A stretch of DNA of 64,000 bases from Diplonema japonicum. Its lineage: Eukaryota > Protista > Euglenozoa: Diplonemea. Made by a program: the position numbers and the translations under genes. Shown one piece after another: positions 33,664-45,794 of this stretch. Below the pieces are notes generated by a model. That model saw only the letters and a program-made list of their open reading frames with translations, was not told the DNA's origin and ran no database searches. Where the stretch lies: contig OZ025653.1 in assembly GCA_964019335.1 (NCBI GenBank), positions 620,001-684,000 on the forward strand. The letters are read 5' to 3'. Numbering within the stretch: the stretch's first letter is position 1; each line of letters begins with the position of its first letter.

Positions 33664-33703
33664 GAGACATTTAAGGGTACCTGCGGTATGTGGCAGGACG
33701 CCT
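33664..33703. repeat. 40-bp dispersed hairpin element (identical copy 56763-56802, degenerate copy about 35281-35321)
   Basis: GAGACATTTAAGGGTACCTGCGGTATGTGGCAGGACGCCT, each copy abutting a long A tract on the plus strand. Confidence 0.85.
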
Positions 33704-34510
33704 ACAAACAAAAAAAAAAAGACTAAGAAACACGAAGTTCAAGGCCCAGTTTTACAGAGGAAAAAAAAAGGAAAAAAAAAGGACAGAAAAGCGGTCTTAA
33801 CGATTTGAAGTGCAAAGACACAAGGCACCCCCCCCCCCCCCCCCCTTTCATGGAGGGGGGATAAAAAAGATGATAAAGATAAAAAACATAGAAGAAAGCT
33901 AGACATTTGCGGCGTCAGCGTTTTTTTTTCTTCTTTTTTGTTTGTTATTATAATTTTTTTAAAGGAGGGGGAAATAAAAAATATACAAAGATAGGAGGGA
34001 ATGGGGGCGGAAAAAAAAAGAAAACCCCGGGGGGAGAGGGGAGGGGGGGAAGTTGTCTTTTCTTTTTTTTTTTCCCGAAGCCTCCGGTCTTTTCATTCTC
34101 TTTCTTGGGAGGATTGAAAGAAAATTGCAATCTAAATGTACTTCTGTTTGGATATTTAAAAAAAAAAAATAAAAATAACGTGCGGGTGGGATGCCTCACG
34201 GGAGGGGATATTAAAAAAAAGAAAAAGAAAAGGGAGACAGACAGACAGCAGAGAAAAAAAGGGAAAAAAAAAAAAAAAAATACATTTACACGCGCTCTAG
34301 GAGGACTAGTACCAGTGTAAAGCAAAAGGGGAGGAAACGTGGGAACTATAAACTAAACTTCTATTTTTTTTTTTTTTCATCCTGCTTTTGAGGGGGAGAG
34401 AGTAAACTCTACAGCTCTGGACTTACCTTTTTTTTTTTAATTCCTTTCTTCTACGGTCGTCTTATTTGAACCAAAGTTGGGAAAGCCAGGCAATAGTCCC
34501 TTTTTTTTTT

Positions 34511-34549
<39 letters not shown>

Positions 34550-35856
34550 CCGTATCCATCTAACGTAAAGTATTTAAAAAAAAAAAAAAAAAAAAGAGGG
34601 AGAAAAAAAAAAGGAGGGAAGGGAACTTAAAAATTCGAAGGAGAAAAAAAAAATTGTTTTGTAGGTTCGCTCCGCTTGTCATTTCTTTCTTCACTCATCA
34701 CGCCTCATGAGCGGCTGTACTACCTACACAACAAAATATTACAGTCCGTGCCACAAAGGTGACAAAAGCAGCGATGAGTGACTCAAATGACTGGAAGGGC
34801 GAAAAAACGAGAACCTGATTTTTTTTTCTCCTCCTTACTCTGAAGTTAAGTGCCTTACCCCCCCCCCCCCCCCCCCTCGTAACAACATTAACACATAAAA
34901 ATTCTTCTAATGGGCCAGTTGCGGGATCGATTTGCAATCGGCGGCATTCTCTTCTGAATAGCTACACAAAGTCGTATTCTAGCTAATTATACACATAAGA
35001 GGAGTTATGAAGAGAAAAAAAAAAGAAAAAGAAAAAAAAGGCCCCTTCTCCCGTTTCGCTATAACCTGACCGCCTTTTCTTTTCTTTTTTTTTTTTTTTT
35101 GTGAAACAAAAAATGGCCTACCAAAGATGAGCATGAGCTTTTTCTTTCAAAAAAAAAAATCGCACTTTTTTTTTTCTTCTTCTTTTTCTTTCTTTTCTTT
35201 TCTTATTTAGAAAATACTTCCCCATTTTCTCCCCCCTTTTTTGTTTGGTCCACGAGAAAAAAAAAAAAAAAAAAAAAAGGGTGTCTTTGAAGGGAACCTG
35301 CAGTACATGACAGGATCGCCTAACGACAATCAACTCAAAAAAAAAGAACAAAAATGTGGTAAAAAGTTTGTCTTTTTTTCTTTTTTTCTTTTTTTCTTTT
35401 TTTTTTTTTTTCCTCGCAGAAGTGAATTCTTACTCGAACAAATAAAAAAAAAAATAAAGAGACATTTTCACAAATAACAAGTTCATGTCATTTTTAAACC
35501 ATTGCAACTGAAAAAAAAAAAAATAAAGAAAGAAAAGAAAAAAGAGGAATCGGTCGTTTTGTTGCCCATGGGGGCAGTAAAACCTAGAGAGAAGTTTATA
35601 ATACCCTGTATGTTGGCAACATTTTCCCCTCATCCTCTTTTTTTTTCCTCCACTTAAACAAAAGTCAAAGATTAAACTTCTTCTATTTTTTTCTTTTTAT
35701 TTCTCGAGACGGATTTCTTGTCTTTCAGCCCAAACAATCTAACGGGGGGGGGGGGGGGGGGGGATGTTTTCTCCAAATAATATTTTCTGGCAAGGGAATT
35801 TTTTTATTTGCATGTTGTTGTTTTTTTTTTCTTTTTTTTTTTCTTGAGTTGCTTGC

Positions 35857-36056
35857 NNNNNNNNNNNNNNNNNNNNNNNNNNNNNNNNNNNNNNNNNNNN
35901 NNNNNNNNNNNNNNNNNNNNNNNNNNNNNNNNNNNNNNNNNNNNNNNNNNNNNNNNNNNNNNNNNNNNNNNNNNNNNNNNNNNNNNNNNNNNNNNNNNNN
36001 NNNNNNNNNNNNNNNNNNNNNNNNNNNNNNNNNNNNNNNNNNNNNNNNNNNNNNNN
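35857..36056. other. Assembly gap (200 N)
   Basis: Run of N. Confidence 1.
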
Positions 36057-36465
36057 AGAAGGCGCCGGCGACAGAGTAGTCCACGATGTCACAGACGAAG
36101 ACAACGCATCCGAGAAAACATCAGTACTAGGCGTAGAAGGACAAGTAGGGGAAGGCGCAAGCCTGAGGTACGACGCAACAGCAGAACAGCCCCGTACACC
36201 GACAACAAAGAGTTAATGTCGGTCAAGCTCAGCTCGGTGGAGAGAAACGTAAGAAGTGCTCGGAAGCAGCTTTCCCTGATATGCTTATCTTTGCAACAGA
36301 AAGGGACAAGAGTGCAAGATCTGACGACACCAACACCATTCCAATAGACGGCACTGCAAGACACCATTTCACAAGCGTCTCTGCTCTAAAAATAAGTTCC
36401 CTGTTGTGGTGGTAAGGCAGTGCTTTGGTGTAACGTTTCGTAGCGACGAAGAAGTTTTTTTCAAA

Positions 36466-36734
36466 TCATCGCAAACATAAAGTTTCCTCACCGTCAGACC
36501 AGTGCAACTGCCTCGGTGTTGCATCAAGGTCGACCACCCGCGTTGCAACCATCAAACCGTCCACATCGGCCATCGAAAAAACATATTTGAAATCCCCGAC
36601 CGAACGCTCCGCGACAACAGGAAGCAGTTTAGACACAGGAGCGTCATTGGAATACTAACTTCCCATTTGAAATCGGCAGTGCTGACGTTCAAAGTGATTT
36701 TCCCACCGGATTGCGCGGCATCGTCATCATGCAT
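36466..36734 (-). pseudogene. Frameshifted small ubiquitin/SUMO-like-fold ORF
   Basis: MHDDD..GKITLNV...WEVSI, then a one-base frameshift, then NDAPVSKLL..AER..FKYVF...VDLDATPRQLHWSDGEETL*, a SUMO-like pattern judged by eye. Confidence 0.35.
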
Positions 36735-37831
36735 ATTACACAATGATGGAGGTTGTGAATCGGTGTACACGAGAAGAGATGAGAGAGATGTTTGCAATGC
36801 GGTGAAGGGGGTCCGGGGTTTGGAGTTCGCAATGTGCATAATTCAGTACCAACCGTTCCATGGTGAGGATGGTGGTTGGGGTAGTTACGCAGTATCCGGC
36901 CTTGGTTACGAGGGATCCTGCGGTGACGCGGGTTTTTGAGCCGATTTCGCTGTGTTTGGCAGTGGTCCAAAGACACACCAAAGCGAGCATGTGGAGCTCT
37001 ATTTTCGAACACCGTTGTGTGCGACTACGACGTCCGTGAGCCCCACCGCCCTTGCCCAGGTTGTTACACCCCATCCGAATGCGATTCTCACTTTATCGAG
37101 CATGTTCATCACCTTTTCTCTTTCGCCATAGTATTTTGCGGTTTCAACGTGTTCCGCGTCGGTTCTCGTAGGTCGCATTACACCGCCTTCCCGTCTTTGA
37201 AGCATTTTAAATGCCGCCATCCCATCCCCTTGCTTCCGCAGCTGCGCGCACAGTACGCCCTCCGCCTCCATCATAGTCGTTCGCGACATTATAATATTCT
37301 TTTTTTTTTCTTTTTTTTAAATTTTTTTTGAAATAAAAAAAGAAAACGAGGAAAACGAGGGTTGTGATGAGAATGGCGGGGGGGGGGGGGGGGAATGAAC
37401 ATCCATAAACATTTGGGAGAGGGGGAAATAATATAATATATTTTTCCTTTTTTTTCTTTCGTTCTCCCCCTCCTTTTTTTTTTCTAGAAACAATATTAAA
37501 AAAAAGGGGGGGGGGCACCAACACAATGAGAAGAGAAAAAAAAAATAGTCTGTTTTGATTTTGTTGCTGTTAAGGCAAAAAATTCTGTGGGTCTCAGGTA
37601 GCTAACATCACCAGATAACAACTCTTTTCTGTTCATTTTTTTTTTTTTTAAAACCAAAAAAAAAAAAAAAAAAAAAAAAAAATCTAAGACAAAGACGACT
37701 CTCCCCCTCTTTGAAACACGGTATTCTTTCAGAAAAAAATTACCAGCAGGCGACGGGGGAAAAAAAAAAAAAAAAATCTAAATTGCAACTTTCTCTTCCT
37801 ATTTTTTTTCTTTTTTTTTCTTTTAAATTCC

Positions 37832-38656
37832 TCACGCGCTCTTAGCAGTTACCCACGTAGAAGTATCGACGGGTTTTTTGGGGGTTTTCCTCCATTTCCA
37901 CCACATCCCATTGTGCCCTTTTCCCCCTGTTTTTGCCCCTGTTTTTGTGGTGGTCTTGGGTTTCTTTTTCAACTTGTACATCCCACTCAGTTTTTTGAAA
38001 CCATCCTCACCTGGGAATAGAGTGCTAAGTACTGTCCACAGAGCTTTTGTGTCGTCAAGAGCACGGTGGGTAGGGATGGTGATGTCAAGATGTTTGCACA
38101 AAGAACCAAGGTTGTACTTGGCTGGGCTGACGAAGTCCTCATCTTTGGCTTTGGCTGTCCTGAAGTAAGACTTGATAGCAATTGAGGTATCAGCGAAAAC
38201 CCATTCAACTGGTGCTTCTTTTCCCGACCGGATAAGCTCAGCCATTGTGAGGGGTACGTCCAGACTATGTGCGTAGTGGGACAGCATCAAGACCTCTTCC
38301 CCCTCGGAGCAGCAGTCTGTGACCCATGCTTGAAAATCTCCCCACACCTCGCGGAACACAGCTTCTCCTTTCAATATGTCCATTTCTATCCCATGCACTG
38401 CTAAGGCCTCAGGGTTCATCTTTGCTGTGGTTGGCCGGACCATTCTGTTGAAGGCAGAGCCTGTGAGAGGGTGGTAGGCGGCGATCTCTATGACCTGGTC
38501 AAATTGCTTGTTCAAACCAGTAGTCTCGATGTCCCAGATTATAATGTGATCCCCGGTGGGTTTCGCACCCGTCGTGCCCCACCGCTTGGCCACGCTAACC
38601 GCCACACATCGAAACGAAACCGGACCTGACCGTGCCATGTTGAACACCCGTAACAT
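37832..38656 (-). CDS. DEDDh (DnaQ-like) 3'-5' exonuclease, probably mitochondrial
   Basis: WDIETTGL (ExoI), HYAHSLD (ExoII), HRALDDT (ExoIII); Arg-rich MLRVF presequence and Lys-rich tail. Confidence 0.9.
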   Translation of the reverse strand: MLRVFNMARSGPVSFRCVAVSVAKRWGTTGAKPTGDHIIIWDIETTGLNKQFDQVIEIAAYHPLTGSAFNRMVRPTTAKMNPEALAVHGIEMDILKGEAVFREVWGDFQAWVTDCCSEGEEVLMLSHYAHSLDVPLTMAELIRSGKEAPVEWVFADTSIAIKSYFRTAKAKDEDFVSPAKYNLGSLCKHLDITIPTHRALDDTKALWTVLSTLFPGEDGFKKLSGMYKLKKKPKTTTKTGAKTGGKGHNGMWWKWRKTPKKPVDTSTWVTAKSA

Positions 38657-38920
38657 TTTTTTTTTTTTAAACTTTTTTTTATCTCACTTTTCAGAAGTTT
38701 CTTCACTCCGGAAGCCCCTATAATCTTAATAGTGGGGTCGCATAATTTGAAAAGTCCTCCTCTCTGTGCAGCAGATTGGCTAAAAAGATTTTATATCGTC
38801 TCCCATGCCTGCTATTATGGCATAAACTTTTTTTTTTATTATTTACCCCGAGGGCAAAAAAAAAAAACCCTAATTCTGGAGTGAAATTATGCCCATAATC
38901 TGTTCGCAATAAATAGCTAT

Positions 38921-38951
<31 letters not shown>

Positions 38952-39007
38952 AATTTTCAGAGAATGGAAAAAAAAAGAAGAAGAAAAAAAAAAAGAAAAT
39001 ATAATTC

Positions 39008-40726
39008 TCATTCTGGCTTCCAGGTGGCGACCAGCTCTTTGTTCCCCCTGATTTTCTTTTGCTTCGTCTGCTTCTTTCCGGATGCGGGTTTGTTTCCTCC
39101 TTTCTTCTTGCTCGCTTTCTTGCTGGCATCGTGCCCTCTTATCATCTTTTTGTCGGATGTTCGAACGCGGTTCTGGCTCAGCGAAGCGCGTGCATCGATG
39201 AACTTAATCACACGCATTTTCAAATGTTTTGCAAGGTCGTCGGCAGGTCTTCCAGAGTAGCCTTCCCGTGGTTCTACAGGGAGCTGCAATGCTCTGCAGT
39301 GGTTTTGAAGCTCGCGGTCGGTAGCGAGTACGATGACACCTTGCTGGACCTCTTGGGTGACAGTTTTTGACTTCGTTTTGATCAATCGAGGGTACTGTTT
39401 CCCGGCCTTACCAAGAATAATTTTATCAATCTTTGATTTCTTAAACCCGTACAGAGCACCACGCATGTACTCAACCTCAGCAGATTCCTTCTCTTCCTCC
39501 CATTCTTGGATTTCATGCTCAGACAATGGCGGTATTACCTTATCAAGCCATTTTGCGAACGTTACCATTTTGTCATCATCATTGTCCAGCAGCGTAACAA
39601 GCTCCTTGTGCATCAACAAGGGTGAGATGCACTCCGACGGCCACAAAAACCGAACCTTCCCATTTTTACTGAAATGCGAGGCAAGGTAAGAAATCACCTT
39701 CGATAGATCCTCCTTGTGGTCCAACGATGCATGGAGAAGCTTCTCTAGAGTCCAATACGGAACAAGGAGCACTTCAGGATCATCATCTGATGAAAGAAGT
39801 TCAACTATATATTTAGCACGGGAAAGTACTGTGGGGTGTTCTGTGGAGGTTTCTAGCAGGTATGAGTGGTGAAGCACATATGTGACGTCGGCCTTACGAA
39901 TTTCGTGAAGAAAATCGCCCATTGCCTGAGGTTGGTGGTACGGGAACTTGTCGAAAAAATCGGGAACATGCTGCATCAGCATCGTTAAGGTTTTGAAATC
40001 CAACTCGTCGTCAAGATTGTGCCGCTCCATGACCTGCTGGAACCCGCCTCTCGCAATGGTACGGTGGGTTTTCATGTAATCCTTGACAGACTGCTCCGTG
40101 GTTTTCAAATTCTGTATTATGTAATTAGCGTAGTTCAGCGACACCTCACCCTTGTCCACCGCCTTTTCCAGGTAGTCTTCCATCGCACGTAGTACCTGTG
40201 GCCCTAATTCCGCTTTCCTCCCTATTGTAAGATAGGTGTACATTGGGTAGACTTTTGATCCCCAGAACTTGTAATCTTCACCTGTTCGAAAGCGTTCTTC
40301 AGAAAGTTCGGTGTATCTGTGAATTAAGAGTGCTGCGGCATCCTCAGCTATTCTTAGATGAGGGAATGCTCTTAGAACAAGGAGGAGGACCTCGGAGGGT
40401 TCATGGGTTTCTGAGTACATTTCCAGCATTTCCTCCATGTAGCGTGAGACGTCAACGGGCTGATCGTCGCCGAGGTACTCTGCTTTGTACGGTTCTGGGA
40501 CATTTCTTCGAAGGGCTTGGACTAAGGTTTTGGGGGGGCATGGGGCTTCCTTGCTTCCTGTTCCGACTGCTGAACTGCCCCCGCTTCCTACCTTCAAGAG
40601 ACCCAGACTCACTGCGATGTCCCGCTGGTTGTTGTTGAAATCCAAGTAAACCGGTTTCTCTTTCGCCACAACCACTTCATGCGCCGGTTTTGCGCTCACT
40701 ACTAAACTACTACACCAGCGACGCAT
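39008..40726 (-). CDS. Probable mitochondrial protein with a degenerate PIN-like domain
   Basis: Start MRRWCSS; YVLHHSYLL...LLVPYWTLEKL...DDKM...VIVLATDRELQ resembles PIN topology with the first acidic site lost. Confidence 0.6.
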   Translation of the reverse strand: MRRWCSSLVVSAKPAHEVVVAKEKPVYLDFNNNQRDIAVSLGLLKVGSGGSSAVGTGSKEAPCPPKTLVQALRRNVPEPYKAEYLGDDQPVDVSRYMEEMLEMYSETHEPSEVLLLVLRAFPHLRIAEDAAALLIHRYTELSEERFRTGEDYKFWGSKVYPMYTYLTIGRKAELGPQVLRAMEDYLEKAVDKGEVSLNYANYIIQNLKTTEQSVKDYMKTHRTIARGGFQQVMERHNLDDELDFKTLTMLMQHVPDFFDKFPYHQPQAMGDFLHEIRKADVTYVLHHSYLLETSTEHPTVLSRAKYIVELLSSDDDPEVLLVPYWTLEKLLHASLDHKEDLSKVISYLASHFSKNGKVRFLWPSECISPLLMHKELVTLLDNDDDKMVTFAKWLDKVIPPLSEHEIQEWEEEKESAEVEYMRGALYGFKKSKIDKIILGKAGKQYPRLIKTKSKTVTQEVQQGVIVLATDRELQNHCRALQLPVEPREGYSGRPADDLAKHLKMRVIKFIDARASLSQNRVRTSDKKMIRGHDASKKASKKKGGNKPASGKKQTKQKKIRGNKELVATWKPE

Positions 40727-40771
40727 TTTCTTTTCCCCCCCCCGCTCCTCCAGAGGGCGATAAGATTGAGA

Positions 40772-40807
<36 letters not shown>

Positions 40808-41837
40808 TATGAGGAAGTGAGAATGTAAAAATAATAGCAAGCCTGTTTTTTTTTTTTCCTCCTCCCTTTACTGTTCACGCCACTTGCACAATGTTGTTTT
40901 TATGGTGATTACTTTTTTTTTTTTTCACCTTTTTTTTTCTTCTCCCTCTCTCGTTCTGTTACTTGTTGCTGGGGGGGGAAAAAAGAAGAAGAAGAAAAAC
41001 AAGATAGTTACTTAAGCGTTTCCCATCACCTTCTCCTCGCTTCTTTTTCCCTTTTTTTTTTTTTAAACTCTCTTACCCTCACCTTCATCGAAAAAAAAGA
41101 CAAAAAAATCTAATATTTGATAGAACCATGCTCTCTTCTTTTTTTTTTCTTCGGTGTTTTCTTTATATTTTTCTTCCTTCTTTTCACCTATCCTTATCCC
41201 CTCCTTCCTTTCAGAAGCAACGCACTTCACACTGGCAGGGGAAAACAAAAAAAAATGAGGAAAAAAAAAAGAATATAGGTAAGCTATCTCTCTTTTTTTT
41301 TTGAATAGTTTCTTTTCTTTTTTCGTTATTATTTTTTTCTCGTTTTTCTTCTTCTTCTTTTTTTTTTGCTTCCTCCGGTTGTGAGAAAGTAACAAATTAG
41401 GAATGATTTTAAAAAAAAAATAAACGAAAGGAGAAGAAAAGCACAAAGGAAATGGGGGGGGGGGGGGGGGGGGACGGAGAAGGTTGACTGATAAAAGAAA
41501 GAGGACTCTTGTTGTGTCTAAGTGGGTCTAAGCTCTAAGCACACCCCATCGGCGCCTTCTGAACCCGGGAGGGTGCCCCTACCTAAATACCGTAAGAAAC
41601 TAAAGGAGAGGGGAAGAAAAAGAGGTAAAGTTGGTTTGGGTGAGCAATTGCGTTTCCCCCCCTTATTTCTGTTCTATTCTAATCTTTTCTTTTGAGATAA
41701 GGGGGGGGGGGGGGGGGATGAGGGGTGTTTCCACAATCTCTACAAGAATAACAAAAAAAAAAGTTCAGCGGTTTTTTTTTTTTTTGTCATTTTTTTTTCT
41801 TGGAGAGATATTGAAACAAGGAGCAAATAAGAGAAGA

Positions 41838-41877
<40 letters not shown>

Positions 41878-41926
41878 CACACACTAAAAAAAATCTGTCC
41901 ACCCCTTTTCCATGTCCCCCCTCACT

Positions 41927-42866
41927 CTACTCCCTTTTCAACGAAGCTGTTGAAAGGTCTTCACATTCAACAGCGCTGACTGATTGCTCCCTGGCTTTGC
42001 TCCTTCCCCCTGCTGCTTTCTTGATGTAAGCTTGCACGTAAAAGTTAAGAAACAACGACATTAAAATACACAAAAAGGCAACCAAAGACCACATAATCCA
42101 GTGGGGATAGGGGGTGTCGAGGTAAAGAGAAGTCAGCGAGTGGCCGATAACAAGAACGAACTGGGTGAGCTGGATCTGTGATTTTTTTTTTTTTTTTTTT
42201 TTTGAAATTTTTCAAAAATACCTGTGTAACATGTTTCTTTCCCCTGAGCTTGATGCCAAGGCAGCTGGCCAGGTAGTAAGAATACATGACAATGTGCACA
42301 AAGCAGTTCACCCATGCGGAGAAGAACGAGTCACCTCCAGCAGCAAATCGGATGCCCAACCACCACACCCAGAACATAAAGGTGTGGTGAAAAACGTGGA
42401 GAAAAGAAAGCTGGTGGTTGTTTTTTTTGACGACAAGGAAGAAAGTATCCATGTAGTCAATTAGTTTTGAGATGTAGTACCACCACAGAACTGATGCAAG
42501 AGCAGTACCTTTGGACGAGTAGTCAACTGGATTGCCAACCCAGGACATTTTGAGAAGCGTTGTTTGGATAAGTATCTCCACGAACATATAGGTGTTGAGC
42601 AAGATTACGAAAATATTGTAAACAATCATGAGAGGCTTGACATTCCACGCAGGCCTGTTCGCCATCACCCTAGGGCCCCACCACACAAATAAAATATACA
42701 CGAATGTCAAGCTGTAGTTCAACGAGGGTGATGACATCGTGGGCCAGTCCAGGACTCTTTCATCACTCGCCTCCTCCATCGCCCACCTAAAGACCTCCCT
42801 TGGCTCATATATAGTCAAGCCTTGGGGCAGTTCTCGCCACCAGTACTCGCTCCTTGCGTATGTCAT
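41927..42866 (-). CDS. ELOVL: GNS1/SUR4 fatty-acid elongase, 1 intron
   Basis: K..DYMDT, SFLHVFHH, NCFVHIVMYSYY. The intron near 42176-42222 restores TQ|IQLTQF...LFLNFY. Confidence 0.95.
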
Positions 42867-42986
42867 TTTTTTTTTTTTTAATTTCTTGGTGAATGTTAAG
42901 AAATAAATATCACTATAAAAAGAAAGGAAAAAAAAAAAAAAAAAGACAATGAGAAAAAAAAAACACTTTTTTTTTTAATTTTTTCA

Positions 42987-43024
42987 TTAGAACCCAAGAC
43001 TGAACAGATAATGCTGTACAAGCT

Positions 43025-43072
<48 letters not shown>

Positions 43073-43800
43073 CTTGGAGGTGGGATCTCCCCCTCGGATC
43101 ATACCCTTACAACGTCATAACTGGTTTTAAATATCTCCACACGGTCCGCTCGGATATTGACTCTCTTGTTGGGAAGAAGCCTTCGAAGGTCCTCAGCAAA
43201 CGCCTCCTTGTCCCCGTTGATCTGCAGAATCTGCACCGCACTGTACCGATAGCTGTGAATAATAAAAAAAAAAAAATTAAAAATTAAAAATTAAAAAAAA
43301 GAGTTTTCATACTTTTGCCTATATCTCATAAGAATGGGTAACTTCCCTATTTGCGTCCGGAGTACGGTATAGGGTAGGTCCTCGTTGCCTTTGACAGGCC
43401 CAAGGGGTTCTAGATAGCCAGAGGGGTGCGGGCTTATGATATTCTCAAAAGGATGCATTTTCCATTGCAGTCCACTGTTCAAAATATGCTCGTAAAGCTG
43501 GTCATTTGGGAGGAACTTGTAAGACTGAGGGACAGGCTCCCCGTTGAGTGATAGATATGCAGGGTCCACATTTCTTGGAACAGGAAGGGCGTCAGATATG
43601 GGGACAACGCTTTTTTTCAATGCTAGCTCCAGTGGCGACAGGTCACTGTCTGGGGTGTCGGGAGTGATTCTTTCCAACCCCTGGCTGATCTTGGTGTATG
43701 TTTCACTAATATCAGGTTTTTTCATGTGATAATTCTCCGTACTTTCCTTGTTCCATTGATCGAAGAACCAATAGGCCCGTGGGGTGCTTCTTCTCAGCAT
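42987..43800 (-). CDS. MRPL49: Mitochondrial ribosomal protein mL49 (Img2), 2 introns
   Basis: LPYTVLRTQIGKLPI, then spliced ...INGD..AF.EDL... and terminal YLFSLGF*. Confidence 0.8.
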
Positions 43801-44691
43801 TACTATTTTTTTTCTTCTTCTCTTTTTCCCCCCCCCCTCGCTCTCCTCCTCCCTTTTCCTTTTGACAATATTTTTTTTTTAAATGGAATTACCCGTAATA
43901 TGACTGTTCGGTAAAAAAAAAAAGAAAAAAATCTTTTTTCTCCCTTTTCCCTTGCCTCTCTTCTTTTCTTCTCACTGGGGGGGGGGGGGGGAAGTGGGTC
44001 TTTTTTGTTGTTGTTTTTTTATATTGTTTTTTTTTAAACCAAGAGGACTACTTCACAGGGGGTAAGGGAGAAAGAGTAGTATTAAGAAAAGAGGAAAAAA
44101 AAAGGGGGGGTAAATATTTTCTCTTCTTTAAGTGGTTCGTGGTGGGGGGAGAAAAAAAAGAGTAAGGGGAAGGAAAAAGGAGAACAAAAATAAAACACTC
44201 AAGAAATAAAAGTAAAAAAAATTAAAAGAAAAGAAAAGAAAAAAAGGTAAGAAAAGGTGGAGCGCACAAGGGGAGGGATTTAACACGAGAGAATAAAAAA
44301 ATGAATGAAAAAAAAATGAAAAAAAAAAAAACAAGGGGAAAAAGAAAACAGTTATAATTAGGTACCATCTTTTGTGTTAAATTAAGTTATTAAAATTGGT
44401 AGGCATGGTGGTGAAAAAGGTTTTAAAAAAATATGTGACCATCAAACAGGGAAGGTAGTGCAGGGCCATCCCTCTGTGTGTGTGTTATTTTTTTTTCTCT
44501 CTTGCATAAAAAAATAAAAAATAAAAAAGAAAAGTAGAGATAGAATATCTTGCTCTCATTTTTTTTTTTTGCTCCCTCTCCCCCTCCTATTTTCTTTCCG
44601 ACTTCACACCTCACCCTTTTTCCCTCCTCGGTTTTTTTCATCTTCTTCTTCTTTTGAGATGTTTATTTTTTTTTTTTTAATTGATTCGTTC

Positions 44692-44728
<37 letters not shown>

Positions 44729-44782
44729 AAAAGTGTATGAACATTTTGATTTTTTTTTGTGTCCCGTCCCTATCTTCCCTGC

Positions 44783-45369
44783 TCATTCAATTTTTATAGA
44801 GGAGTAAATTTTCCAGACGAAGGCCATGGAGGAAACGAAGCCTATGAACCCAGTGAGGACAAAGAAGAAGTAGGAGACCTGTTAATATTAAAATTTTGAA
44901 AGAAAGAAAAAAGAGAAAAAAAAAAAACACACCATTGCCATGTACCCAAAGTACAGGATCGAAGACGCAATGCTCGGAATGTGTAAAGTGGTGAGGTAGT
45001 AAAAGATGCAGTACAGGTACAGCCAGAATCCGTAGCTTCCAGATGTCAAGAACGATCTTTTTTTTTTTTTTTTTTTTTTTCTCCCCATTTCAACGCATAC
45101 CTCCACCACCAGTTGTAGTCCTCCCTGGTAAGCTGGAAGTAGATCATCACAATAGTTGTCTCGGCACAGGTCACTACGAGAATCAAGAACACCAATGACA
45201 GGAAACCGAAAACGTAGTAAACACGTCCTGCAAGTGAAGGAGGGATTTTCTTTTTTTTTTTTTAAACCACACCTTGCCACACTGACGACAGGATGAACAC
45301 AGACTCAATGAAGGCCGCACCGAAAGGCAGGATACCAGGCAGCAGGATGGTCTGCGGCGCGCGGAGGTA

Positions 45370-45413
<44 letters not shown>

Positions 45414-45530
45414 AGCAGATAAAATACCACGGCTGGGGCGGGATGGTCCTCTTGACAGCGTTGATTTTGCAAGGGGGCTCCAAGGTCTGCTTCTTGAAAC
45501 CAACAACAGCACCTTTTTTTTTTTTTTTCG

Positions 45531-45563
<33 letters not shown>

Positions 45564-45760
45564 TACCAAGAAGCACCAAGACCAGACTGACACCGATCCA
45601 CAGGGCCATGATGGTGAGGATCGTGGTAAACGGCACAGCTGCGAGAAATATTACCCCTCCCCCATATTATCCCCTTTCCATACCCGAAGCTGAGCTCTTC
45701 GACCACAGAAGAAGGTTAAGACAGAACCAGGTGAAAACAATCTGACCAGGGAAGAACAGA

Positions 45761-45794
<34 letters not shown>

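Noticed and set aside
28930-35850. Many short poly-Lys/poly-Phe ORFs in the gene-poor stretch
   Set aside because: Homopolymer artefacts; no spliceable conserved frame, tRNA or SL RNA was recognised.
14987-38656. Functional DNA-repair cluster (PAXX pair, clamp, CENP-X, exonuclease)
   Set aside because: Interspersed with unrelated genes; likely chance in a polycistronic-type array.
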